A stretch of 64,000 nt of DNA, from positions 8,060,001-8,124,000 of the forward strand of contig CM106585.1 of assembly GCA_048013815.1 (NCBI GenBank). Direction: 5' to 3'. Shown here one piece after another: positions 1 to 12,436 of this stretch; the stretch's first letter is position 1, and every line of letters starts with the position of its first letter. Both the position numbers and the translations under genes were made by a program. This DNA is from Setoptus koraiensis. Taxonomy: Eukaryota > Animalia > Arthropoda. A model generated the notes under the pieces. The model made no database searches. It saw only the letters and a list, made by a program, of their open reading frames with translations, and was not told where the DNA came from.

Positions 1-1
1 A

Positions 2-1210
2 GAAATAGAATCAACATCCAATTGCAAAGTGAATGCTGAACCTATCTATGATACTAGTCCTAACCAGATATTATTGATCAATGGTCGAACTCAGAACCAG
101 ATGATGCACCATCAGCGCGAGCAAAACCAACAACCACATCATAATTCTAATCATTATGGCGTCTATGATGTTCATACATTGCAAAATTCGTCAGCATATC
201 AGAAGCCTCAATTGGTAGGGACAACTTCTAATTCATATTCTACCATTGTTCTATCAAGACAACATGGTAAAAATCCGCCACCTGTGCCAGTCAGAACAAA
301 CTCATTGAGATCTACAACCAGTCCTCTGCTTCCTCGTTCAAATCAAAATAAGTCCAGAGTATATCCCAGGTCTCTGCGATACAAAACCCAATGTGTTTCT
401 ACTATTAGTGCCAATAATTACGGAACTTTGAATAGGTTCAGGCAACGATATTCAGTTGGTCTCAGTGATAGCAATAGCAATATCGATACTATTTACGACT
501 CTCGTAGCGACGACTACTACCACAATAATGATAACGATACCAATTCGGATACAAACAGTATCAAGAGCCTACTTATCCCGACGAATAATAACGTCTCACC
601 TCAAAAGTCTTCATCGCCCAGTGTCACAAGTGTGAATACATACTCTAACAATTTTACAAGCCACCAGAGTCTACCTGCTAACAAGTCTGAACCCATAGAG
701 AGTCCGCCCACGACGAATAGTTACAACTGTTACAACAACTATGGTCACAGTATGGGAATGAACAATTTGAATAACAATAATAATTTTGTCAGCAGCACTA
801 GAGGACAGGATGAAGATTTTCCTCCCCCTCCATCGCCCTTACCTCTCATGGACTCCGAGGAAGATGAACAGTCCTTGCAAGCTTTAGATTCGGACCCTTC
901 GCAGCCTCTACAGTTGAATCATCAGTTTTCTATGATGTCTCTCGCAAATACTCGCCCACCACCTTTGCCAACTGATAATTGTATTCCATACAATGGTTAT
1001 GGCGAGACCGCGTACCCAAGTAATACCACCTCGGAGTTACAACAAAGAGTTCCTCATGCGCAGACATTATCGTTTTCACAAGGGCAAGCCTCTCACTTAA
1101 CACAGTATGGCAACAATCAGGTAGAAGATGACAGAATGATCAACAATCAAGCCTCTGCGTGGGCGTCCATATCACCATTTATCAGTCCTTGGCCGCTTCC
1201 CAGCAATTAA
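2..1210 (+). CDS. 3' part of a low-complexity Ser/Asn/Pro-rich protein (5' end outside window); family not recognised
   Basis: The frame is open from the window edge (GAA at 2) to TAA at 1208-1210. It has several SH3/EVH1-type proline motifs (PPPVPVR, FPPPPSPLP, RPPPLP) and no recognisable folded domain. Confidence 0.6.
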   Translation, partial: EIESTSNCKVNAEPIYDTSPNQILLINGRTQNQMMHHQREQNQQPHHNSNHYGVYDVHTLQNSSAYQKPQLVGTTSNSYSTIVLSRQHGKNPPPVPVRTNSLRSTTSPLLPRSNQNKSRVYPRSLRYKTQCVSTISANNYGTLNRFRQRYSVGLSDSNSNIDTIYDSRSDDYYHNNDNDTNSDTNSIKSLLIPTNNNVSPQKSSSPSVTSVNTYSNNFTSHQSLPANKSEPIESPPTTNSYNCYNNYGHSMGMNNLNNNNNFVSSTRGQDEDFPPPPSPLPLMDSEEDEQSLQALDSDPSQPLQLNHQFSMMSLANTRPPPLPTDNCIPYNGYGETAYPSNTTSELQQRVPHAQTLSFSQGQASHLTQYGNNQVEDDRMINNQASAWASISPFISPWPLPSN

Positions 1211-1893
1211 TATACACTAAATTTAAGGACTGTTAAAGAGATGGTCTTAATGCTTTTGTCAGTAATCTTACTTGACTAGCTATTTGGGTCAAGTGGCTAG
1301 GCGTTCTCTTTAAATGTAGAAAGGGTTAAGGTAACATATATTACAGGTTACATGTAATCGAATTGATCTTTCATGCATCCTTGTAGTTTCTGTGCTTTGT
1401 TTGTAAGATGCAGGTATTTATGCAACTATTTCTGCACGCCAATAACTAAGAATGACGATAATGCTCTTGTCATTAGATGAGAAAGTTGGTGTCAAATAAA
1501 CATGTTTCCTCAATTGTTGATGTAAAATTTCTTGTTGTTATTGTCCCAATTGAGTGAGTAACCTTTGATCAGGACCATCAGTAGTTTACCCGACGACATC
1601 GTATACTAGATGTCAAAAAATGACTCCAAGCATTCTCTCTCTCCCTCTCAAATCCACCATTGGCTTACCAACAAACAATTCAGGGTTTTGACATGTTCAA
1701 ACCTTATTGCTACTATGTGTAGTGTTCCAACAGTAATTGTCATATGGACTTTTTAGTGTAGACCTTGAGTTGCTTTATGCACTTTTAATCAAGGAGAAGC
1801 TATCAAGCAAAATCTTGAACACTCAAGGTTAATAGAAATATATACTAGAATATTGTTACCCATTTAGAAAAGAAATATCCTTTTCCATTAACT

Positions 1894-2769
1894 TTATTTG
1901 TTAGCGTCAGAAAGACCTCTTGCTCTGTCTATAGATTGTTGGAAAGATTTTCCAATGTAAGAATTGATAGAATTCTCATGCCATGTGCTTAATCCATAGA
2001 TTGTACTACCCGCCGGCGATGAAACATCATCTCTAAGTTGATATGGATGTTTCCCCGTCTCGAGGCACATTTTGCCAGCCGCTATCGATAGTTGAGCTGC
2101 AGCTTGAAATGAATCTTGACGGCTTAGTCCATTCTTGACTCCAATATCACTAACAGCTTGTATAACTTCGAAAAAGAACGCTATACCACTTCCGGTAACA
2201 CCTGTACAAACATCAATTAGTTTTTCATCTTTTAATATGGTGGTTGTGGGAGCAAAAACTTCAAATAAGTTTTGTATTCGTTGTGAGTGCTCTTCTTGCA
2301 TATTTGGACTAATGTAGAGGAACGCGTTTGTTTGTTGTAACTCGGCAGCAACATTGAACATAGCTCTCACGATATTGTCTATAGGGAAATCCGAGGCCAT
2401 GGAGCTCTGTATATATTGTGTTGTTAAACCGGCTATAACTGATACGACAATGCAATTTGTGGGAATTTCTTTCAACATTGATGACAACGGTTCAATCTTT
2501 TGTTGAACTATCTGAGGTTTCACACACAGAAACACCACATTGGGTTGAAATTTTGCGATGAGTTGAAGGTCATGAGTAAGACAGGTTTGGATTCTGGCAC
2601 TTTTGAGCTTATCCAGGTTAACCCGAGACGGCGCCACAGCCAGTATTTGTAGTGCAGACTCCTCAAATCGGCTAGACTGTCCACGATTGTTACAATTGGT
2701 CAATCCCTTAATAACGCTCTGCGCAATTTTTCCTGCACCAATAAATAGTAGTCTAAGATTTTTGTCCAT
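1894..2769 (-). CDS. PYCR: Pyrroline-5-carboxylate reductase (ProC/PYCR family), intronless
   Basis: Rossmann motif LLFIGAGKIA, VVFLCVKPQ, VSVIAG, TGVTGSGIAF and VSSPAGST match P5CR motifs. Likely start is ATG at 2769 (MDKN); the ORF track begins 27 codons upstream. Confidence 0.93.
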   Translation of the reverse strand: MDKNLRLLFIGAGKIAQSVIKGLTNCNNRGQSSRFEESALQILAVAPSRVNLDKLKSARIQTCLTHDLQLIAKFQPNVVFLCVKPQIVQQKIEPLSSMLKEIPTNCIVVSVIAGLTTQYIQSSMASDFPIDNIVRAMFNVAAELQQTNAFLYISPNMQEEHSQRIQNLFEVFAPTTTILKDEKLIDVCTGVTGSGIAFFFEVIQAVSDIGVKNGLSRQDSFQAAAQLSIAAGKMCLETGKHPYQLRDDVSSPAGSTIYGLSTWHENSINSYIGKSFQQSIDRARGLSDANK

Positions 2770-3741
2770 CTTCTCTGGGATCCCGAGGTTCACAATAATT
2801 ATGCAAAAACAATAGTCGATAATGTCATGTGTAAATTTACATAGACACAAACTATTGTCACTTCAGTAGGTGACAAATAGGTTTAACAGGTGTGTTACCA
2901 CGAGGGCACGGGTGGATTGTGGGAGTCGGCACAATTCATTGTGGTGGTGGTTTCCAGCGGCCAGCCTAACTTTAGATATTAGTCATCGACTGGCTGGCCA
3001 GGTGGCGCAGTCGAAACATACGAAAAATTCTTTATGCGACTTAAAGAGAGCGCATGAGTCTTTTGCAAGTGCACCACGATGACGAATTTTTAGATAGAAC
3101 TTGTGTGCGTACTGTGTGTGTTGCATTCAGTTTGTTTTAAATCTAATTCAACAAAGATCCGCTAGAGGCACTTGGTTCGTCATGGAAATTTACTGTCAAA
3201 GCTTGAACGTTACGTCTAACGTCTGTAATTTTTTCGGATGACTCACTTTTTTTTTAGTGTGCATTGAGCAATTACGGCATTACTGCATGTTTGTTTCTCT
3301 GTCGCTGACTTTCACAATCTAGTAGAGTGACTCTACGCAACACCTAATTGAACTATTTGAGCGGGCAAGGATTCCTTGCCATGGAAGGCGAGGCGCCACC
3401 TTGTGTAGTTTTTGATGAACTATGTTGGAGTGCATCGACGATAGCGCACACATAAACATACATGTAATCAACTATGCGTGGTGTTGACATTGCTCACATA
3501 ATTTTTATTGAGCAAAAATCACTACTATTATTGTTACACCATATTATCAGCATCCTAATATATAATTATTATTATCCCTATTGTACTAAATTTAATGTTA
3601 TCTAATATTTGTGTTAGTGATTTTTCCAGGACTACAAACCATTGATAGGGCACAACATTTTACACAACAAAGTCAATAATAACATTATTAGATAAACAAC
3701 AATATTGTAATTGATAATAATAATCAGATTGCTCGACCAGA

Positions 3742-6700
3742 ATGACCAGTCACAACAACAAGGCAGCGGCAGCAGCAACTGCAGCAGCTGCATCGCCACC
3801 ACCCCAGCCACCTCCTCCACTAGAAACCCTATCACCCGAGACAGATGATATGCAAGAAAATGAAACCGTATATGAATTTGGATCATCTTCCACCCCCAAC
3901 ACCTCAACAAACAACTCAAATCTTAATACTGTGGTAGGCAGACTAGATAATGCCACCTCTTCTTCTACTCCTAACAATAAGAATAAGAACAATTCTAGCA
4001 TTAGTAATATTAGCATAAGCAGCAATAGTAACAGTAGTCTTGTTATTTCATTACCAACTCAAGCTATTCAATCACCAAATCAAACAACAAAATCCAACAC
4101 TAGTCAATTGCCAAATCCAAACTTTGACTCGCATGTTATTTCTGAGCGTGTTAAAAATTTGGCAACACAAATCTATCAGGAACTTAAACGGATTATATCT
4201 AGATGTAATTACGATGAGGACGTCCTGTCTGGATTAATGCCACTCATAGTTAGAGTATTGGAATCGCTAGATTTGGCTTTGATTGAGAACCAACAATTGC
4301 AAGTTGAATTAGAACTATGCAAGGACGACAATGAACAACTAGTGATGATGTTCGAAAAAGAGAAAGTGGCAAAGAGAGCCACAGACAAGAAACTCATTGA
4401 GAGCGAATATGCGTATGAGGAAGAAAGGCAGCAGCATCAACAGAAGATAGAATCTTTGGAGAACATTGTCAAAATGTTTGAACTCAAATCCAAGAACGCT
4501 TCTGACCAAGGTAATTATATTCAGAACTATTATTAATAATTTTTTACTCCCAAATTTATCGTCGAGACTGTTCATTAAACTGGAGTTGTTTCTTTTATAC
4601 CTATCTATATATATCTTCTGCCCCTCATTACACAGCCACACGTCTGGAAGAGAAAGATGCCGAACGAGTAGCAGAATACAATAAATTACATGACAGATAC
4701 TCAGAGCTACTTAAATCGCATTGTGATGTTATGGAAAAAGTGAGGCACTTCCTTGGGACTGATGCAAACGATGTAGTCCACCTAAGTAACCTAAATGTTC
4801 CTTCATCAATGGTTTCATCTACTGAATTATCCGACCAGCCAATGAGTCACCAAGTCGGTCGTGCCAAATTGAAGAGTCACGATAACCTCTCCGATAGTCG
4901 TGGTAATATTAACAAGCGAAATGTAGACTCTACAACCTTGGGCTCAGGTAGATCAGTATGGAACGATACTGAGATGACTTTAGAGGATGCCTCGCTAGTA
5001 GTTATTGAGGATGATGATGAAAATGTGTCCAACTCTGGTGATAAAAGCCACCAGAATATGGACGAACGTAGCGAACAAGATAATGAGTCCAGTGATAAAG
5101 ACTCTATTACTTACACTTCAATGGAAAGAGAATTTAGAAAACTTATCCAAGAGAATAAGGATTTACTAAATACAAAGAATGCATTGAATGTAGTCAAAGA
5201 TGATCTCATTGCCGAAGTAGACAGGTTGTCCAATGTTGTGTCTATGTATGAGCAGGAAATCAAACAACTAAGCGGCGTCAAGGAGCAATTGCGACAGAAG
5301 AATTCCAATTTAGAGGCCGAGTTACGCAAATCGAGAGAAGAGTTTACCAAAGCTCAACAGAAGATAAAAGAGGTGAGAATTTATTCATTATCTATAGAAA
5401 TCCTCACACAAAATAACCATTCTATAAGCTAATGATAATCTTTTGTTCTTTTCAATAGAATGATGAAGAGGGTGTACCTTATTCACAAAGAAAAAGATTT
5501 AGTCGTGTTGAAATGGCCAAAGTACTAATGGAACGCAACAACTACAAGGAAAAATTGATAGAGTTACAGGACGCGGTTCGATACACTGAACACGTTAGAC
5601 AAAACAAAATGGAAACTGAGAAACGCTCTGGTCTTTGGAAATTGTTAGTTTACGTTCTAGATTGATCTTCTAGATAAGTGCAACTCCGATTCTAACCATT
5701 TTATTTATTATAGCAATACCCTCTCCTTTGAGGAATAACAATAACATGAAAAGCTCCCATCCTGACCCGCTTAAGTGCAAATGCAATCGCATACTTAGAT
5801 GTGCACACGCATCTAAGTAGATGATAATGAGAATCAAGTCTAGTCATGAAACGCAGCAATCGAAATTCTCCAACATGCAATCTCAATAGATTTATTTTCA
5901 AATGAATTAAAAAACCTAAATACTCCGATCCGGCATCAATAGCACTGTCAAGTCGCGGCATTATATAATTCATATCTAAAATTTCCTAACCGGACCTCCA
6001 TTTGCCCAAGCCGATACGTTACTATTGCTAATCATACAACTCTTACTAACATAACTCACACTAACTCCATTTAAATCTCTTTTTCTCTGTCTCTTCTACT
6101 CTTGAACTCTTCACTACTTTCAATCTAAAAACAACATTAACTTTTGCTCAATCAAACAACCTCTAACTAGACCGAATCTCACCAGGTAGTTAGAAAATAT
6201 ATCAAATGTTTAGGCCTTTAACCCACTATAGCACAATACGCAAGCAATATGAGATTGAAACTGTAGCAATCCAATAACTATGAGCACATATACACACTCT
6301 ACAATTGCTTCTCAATATGGCATATTCTAGAAAATTAACCTATTCTTAAAAAATCCCTAAGTTACAGACCGCACATAGCAGAAGTTAATCTTACGTTCTT
6401 TTTCTTTTTTTACGCACCACCACTTTACAACCTTTATACCCAATCCTTATTTTCATTCATTTACACTCATACAAATGCACTAAATACCTTTGTGAAAATG
6501 AATTAGCTTTAGCAACTTGTTTGGCGCACAAGCTCCGGGTAATGGAATGGGTGGTTCCCCGAATATGGCTAGCTCGCGAAATTCGAGCCCCGTTGTGTCT
6601 TACCATAGTTCAGTGACTGCAGATTCTAAAAATCAAATAGCCACTGGTTTCGATGCCATGCAAGCTGGTTCTAGGTTAACAGGTTCTAGGTCGTCTAACA

Positions 6701-9239
6701 CTCAGCGACTGACAGCAAATACAGACCTTGTTCTTCTCATGGATGCTGATTTAACTAGTGATAGAAACAGGGCTATGCGATCTAGCCGCGACATGTCAGA
6801 TAGAATTCAGGCATACGGTTGGAGCTTGCCAACAAATAGTATGAGCGCAACAAAGCAGGTTCAAATGGACGCCGGCCAACAATTACAATCTAGTTCGACG
6901 AGTAGTGGCTCGGTTGTAGTGGGTGGTGTTGGTACTGGTAGTGGGTTGCAAGTACCTGTTCCACTTTATTGTCGACCACTCAGCGGGGACTCGCTCGGTA
7001 TGAAGATCTGGTGTGCGACTGCTATCGACCTCAGTGGAGGTGATTCATCCTCGAACAATGGTCTGACCCCCGAAGACGTTGATCGTGCTGTTGACAAAGA
7101 CGACAATGGTGAGCGCAGTGATAGATCTTCTTCGGCCGCCTTAAAGACTCTGGAAGAGGAGGTAGCTCGAGCTTTGAGAAAAACAACTAACAGGTCGATG
7201 GTAATTTCTGGCCAAGGTGACTTATCTCGATCAAGTCAACAAGTAGCCAGTAATAGTCCAAATGGTGATGATAATAATACTGCTGATGATGACGACAATC
7301 AAGTGTCTACTTGCGTATGGATTTGCAGTACCCAACACTCGAGGAGTAAAATAACAATCATAGATATCAAGAATAAGCCGAATGATGTGCTGGATTCTTT
7401 TTATGTTCAAACTTACCTGTATTGTATCAAATCAATACCGGGTGCTAAATCGAGCGATTTCCTAAGCGCCATTCCTGATTCGAGTACTAAAACAGACAAA
7501 AATCCTGGTGAAAGAGAAACTAGTTCAATTTTGACAGAACTACTAAACGATATGCCCAATACTTACAAACTAATCAAGGTTGACAAAGAAACTGAAATAC
7601 AGTTGCGTCAACGTAAACTAAAATCTTCGCTTAGCCAACAAGCGTCTCTAGATAAGTTAGAGCCACTAACTGATCACTCAACTAATCCGGCTGATAGGCC
7701 AAATGTACAGAAATTTCAAACATCAACCGTTAACAATACTACAACAACTTCTCAAGCAACTAGAAGCAGGATGGATGAGAGTGACGCAGAAATATCTCGC
7801 ATTTTAGACGATAACACAAGTGTTGGTATAACAACGCTTCAAAAGCTCGAGGATTATGTCGCCCATACTCAACCGAGTGATACTATTAATTCTGACGGGA
7901 CAGATGCAAATGTCACAGATGACAATTCGACTGGTCCTCTTCAGCCTAACGATTGCCAGCAAACGGACCCATCTGAATTGATTCAAGGTCATCCTCTCCA
8001 ACAAGATTCCACGGCTATTATTTATTATCAGCCTATATCTACTTACTTGCCTACCGTTTGGATGGGTGGTAAGGATTGCACTCTTTATGTTCATTCGGCC
8101 ATTGGCCAATGGAAGGATTGTGTAGCTTGTGTTAAATTGCCCGATTCTATTATACAGATTTGTCATCATCGCGGACGAGTATTTATTGCTTTAGCGAATG
8201 GTCAATTATGCGTATTTATGCGATGCAGCAAAACTAAACGCTGGGATGTCTCTCAATATTTGATCATCGATGTAGGAACTATAGCAGAAAATTTATGCAA
8301 TCAAACAGGATGCACTGGCATTGAAACAAACAATCCACTGATCTCAAGAAGAAACAATTCACAAGAAAGCAACGAGTCACCGCAGCATGGCAGCACTCCA
8401 ACAAGGGCAAGCAATGTTGCAAACAAGAGAAAAACTGTAGCCGGTATCAGATGTCTAGAATTGGCTAACGGAAATCTGTGGATAGGATATCGGAATATGA
8501 TTTTTATAATGGATACTGTAACACTTCGCATGAGACATAACTTCAATGTCGTACCTCAAATAGACAATCAAGTTCGTCAATTAGTCTCGATGAAAGATGG
8601 TGTGTTTTGTTGTTTGAGGTCAGACTTGATACTGCGATTATATTCAGCCTTGAAACCATATCAACATATTCAGGACATTGACATTGAGCCGTTAGTCACG
8701 CGTATGATCTCCCCAAAGGCATTTGTAATCTCTAGAATAACCGCTTTAAGAGCAGTGGACAATGTTCTCTGGATCGGTAACGCTCATGGGATTATATTAA
8801 CTATACCTTGTGATTTAGACCCACAAGCCTCTGAGATGTCTGGCTCGTCACAAGACGGAACAACCGAAATGAGTCGCTTAGAATTGCGAGAAAACAGTAA
8901 CAACGAGGGATTGTCGATTGCTCAATACGTACCAAAGTGTGACATTTCCAATGCTCATGTAAGATATATTGCTACTTCGACCATTTGTGCAATGTCATAT
9001 ATCATTAGTCATTCTCTAATCTCTTTGTCTATAATTCATCCATCTCTCTCTTATAAATCGATTAGATATCATTTCATGGCCACAAGGACGCAGTTAAATT
9101 TTTTGTTCATTCGCACAAATTGATGCTCAGTGGAGGCGAGGGGTACTTCGACTTCAGACTAAATATTGACGATCAATCCAAACCGACAAGCTCGTCCAGC
9201 GATAAGAGTCATCTTATACTATGGCAACTACTGAAATAG
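3742..9239 (+). CDS. MAPK8IP3: JNK-interacting protein 3/4 (sunday driver); join(3742..4510,4636..5372,5459..5643,6507..8958,9066..9239), about 1438 aa
   Basis: RH1 (VISERVKNLATQIYQELKRII..LMPLIVRVLESLD), leucine zipper II (ALNVVKDDLIAEVDRL), RH2 (RKRFSRVEMAKVLMERNNYKEKLIELQDAVRY), WKFFSNLF reconstituted across intron 3, the VPVPLYCRPL/KIWCA WD40-like region and the C-terminal FHGHKDAVKFF..SGGEGYFDFR..SHLILWQL. All four GT-AG junctions keep the frame. Confidence 0.93.
5714..5738 (+). CDS. Candidate alternative terminal exon of JIP3 (encodes F-NTLSFEE-stop)
   Basis: A CTAAC branch motif (5692-5696), a T-rich tract and TAG (5711-5713) lie 70 nt after the donor at 5644. A phase-2 join gives TTC AAT ACC CTC TCC TTT GAG GAA TAA. 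Confidence 0.35.
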
Positions 9240-9849
9240 ACTCATCTGGTTTCTAAGAATCAAATAAAATAGTCCATTTATAGTTTGTGACGATGAACAA
9301 ATCATGAACATTCTTGATAGCATGGAAAGTAAAAGAATAAATGTGGAATATAGAGGTGATTTACCAGAATATTCGTCTCCCTTTTAGACTTCCAGTGACT
9401 ATCAGTTTTCGCCTCAATCTGATCTTCGCACATTCTAAAATAGTTTCGATTTTCAGATATCGCTGCTGAAAGATGTGAGAAATTGATAGTAGTGTCCAAC
9501 AATCAGTTGTAACCGAAGACATATCACATCTAGGAGCGGTATTTTTTCATCCGCCATGCTCAAAGACGATGGCAGAGAACATAAAAACTATGGAGATAAC
9601 GAGAAGAAAAAAATCTTTATAATCGAAATATCCACCTTTCGCTAGCATCGATAGCTTGAACATATCGAAGGAAGCTTCATGATATTATTGCAAAAACTGA
9701 TAGGAGATATCTATAATCAAATCAGCTCTGAAAAGGATCATGCGCATCGAATGAGAGTGACAGTGAAACACCCTATGAAAAACTGAGCCTGTTTTTCCTG
9801 TTTATCTCGTCAACTGTTAGTCGAACAAATCTAAGACTAACGGCATCGT

Positions 9850-10600
9850 GTTCGGCATTCTCTTATCCAGCTGAATACCGAGTTTCAAACTCGTATCCCG
9901 AACCTTGCATAACTCAGGAACCGGAAGTTTCCGCAGTTTCGGACTGAATAAGTTATCGATTGGAGGCCCTACGGGCGTTCTGTGTGAAATTTCATAGGAA
10001 TGGGAGTGTGGCGCTATTACTCAGAACACCAAAATACTTTTCTACAGGGTGCAATGTATACTAGGTATTCAGTGATTTAGGTTGCTTAAATTGTAATGTG
10101 TTACAATTACTCTCTTAAACTTAATTTAAAACTGAGTCAGACTGGACTATACCATAAACAAGAAGTCGGTTGGTCGTTCGAAGTAAGACTGACGATCCGT
10201 AGATCAGCGGGGTGTGTTTATATAATTTTTTCTCGATCTTTTTTTATACGTTCAAACTTTTTCGGTGGCAAGGATTCTGTCATCACGCGCCGAGATAAGT
10301 TTGGACCCATTTCCATTAACAGTGAACTATTTTTGCTGGATTTCTGCACGAGAATCAGTTTTACAGCAAGTTTTTACGTCAGAAACTCTTCATTCAGTCA
10401 TGTTACGAGTCTATGGCGCAACCTATGATGATGAAGTCATTGTCAACCGATTACCTTTGAGACTCAAAGTTTGAGTCATATTCCTTGAAAATAAAATTTT
10501 GAGCGCCCCCTGCCGTGGGGATCGGAAGTTATTTTAGAGAAAGTTACTCGGTTCTAAAAAAGGCACCCAGAACATGTGGCGATGGGTAAAGCACTGGGTT
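9850..10600. mobile_element. Possible degenerate DNA-transposon relics
   Basis: Motifs reminiscent of arthropod non-autonomous element ends (ataactcaggaaccggaagt near 9910-9928, tacagggtg near 10043-10051, gcgccccctgcc near 10502) and broken coding-like frames. No matched TIR pair or TSD was found. Confidence 0.2.
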
Positions 10601-12436
10601 ATTGTTGTACGGGGGTGTAGTGAATATTCATCTGACTGTCGGAATATCCATAGAGCATGAGCGGCAGCTTTGCTCCCAATGGGAGGCTCCCATATCATAA
10701 TACACGGACGGTGGAGCGTCTGGTCTCACAACAGCACACACAAACAGTGCCGCACGTCTCCTAGCAACGAACTGCTCGCATAGCAGACAAACACGTTGAA
10801 GCATCAGAACAAAATGACACTGGTAAAATATGTTATTTGTCACGAGTCTGATATGTAGAACAACTAGATCAGTGAGCCGAGCAGATGGATAAAGAATTAA
10901 TTTATATTGAATATACTATTTATACACACACATGGTCACCATTATCAATAGTAAAATCTTCGCTAAAACAACACAATAATAATACCTGCGGTCTAAGTGG
11001 ATCCAACTAGAAGCTTGGCTATCCCGTTCTGTAAACAACCCTAACGCTCGTTGTAAAGCCGACAATAGTAATATTGTTCAGAAATTAATCAATGAACAAC
11101 CCGATACTATTTAACACAAGAGACATCACGTCCGCGTAACTACATGCATACAATTATTATTATTTTTACAATCGAGAAGAAATAGTAGATTTAGTGAACC
11201 CATTCGAGGAACAGACGCGCCTAGAGTCTCTTCACGGAGTCACATTTTTAATTTCAATAAGAAAAAACTACACTATAAAACAATAACCATATTGTCTATC
11301 GGGAACGAAAATAGACTCGATTTATCGGGAGTTTATCACATCACTCTAATTATTGCAAACAACAATAACTGAACACCGTTCGATCAAAGGAATAGTGCGA
11401 GCTATGATTACAACTAGCGGTGGCTACACAACATTATTAATGTTATTATCAATATTGCACTAACTGATAGGCACTACACTAGTCCACATAATAACATAAC
11501 TATTTATTACAATAGTTGCCATATTCATCTGTCGATTGAAGTAGCAACTAACAAGCATATTCGCGTAATCTTGTGGATCTTTATGAAACACAACAGAAGA
11601 ATAGTAAGCTAAATCTCTAATATTGTTGTCCTGGAAACGAAGCGATAAAACTTTGTTTAATTACAACAACTATTGCTAATATTGTTTCTGTATGCGAATT
11701 TAAGTGTGTGTGTCTATCCATCTGTATAGCTCCATCATTACTACTCCCAATCATCATCATCATAACAGCAAAAAACAAATTGTAATCGACATCAACAAGT
11801 TGCCCAGTACAATTGCATCGATGAACTAGTCATTCCAGTTGTCATACTATACCATTCCTACGAAGCACAACAACATTTGTGTATATACCCCAACTTTCAT
11901 TTGAGTACAGCAATCCAGCCAAACATCATAATTTTTAATAGTAGACCACCTGTGTTAAATCCTAGCGTAATAAATGCAGCGGGATCTATCATCTACCGAG
12001 GAATGGGTGTATTCCAGAGAATCATGAATGTACCATATGCATACATTACAATTGCACCGATTTGAAATAATTGTGCTAATATATGATCGGTGTGGCTAGT
12101 CAAATATCATTATTTCGTTGATTTTTCGGTATTAAATAATTGTCAAAATATTCCGTAAATTTCAGCTCTAATCACCTAATCCTATAATCTTAAGACGAAT
12201 AGGAGCAAAACAATCCAGTTCAAAAAAATAATGTAACTACTCCAGAAACTAGTCCTTAGTTGACGTTTTGGTATACCTTTGCTTGCTCATCTCGATGAGG
12301 AAAAGATTTAGGCTATAGTCAGTCGGAATCTCTTGTACCCCGTAAAGAGGTTTACCTCGCAAGCTACTTCGTTTTTGATGAAAATAAGATTATCTTGGCA
12401 AAAAAGTGACGAACAATATCTACTAGTCAAGCCAGG

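Noticed and set aside
3318-3380. Two short palindromes (GTAGAG-TGA-CTCTAC and GGCAAGG-ATT-CCTTGCC) in the PYCR/JIP3 divergent promoter
   Set aside because: Stems of 6-7 bp are common by chance, and no factor or element assignment could be supported.
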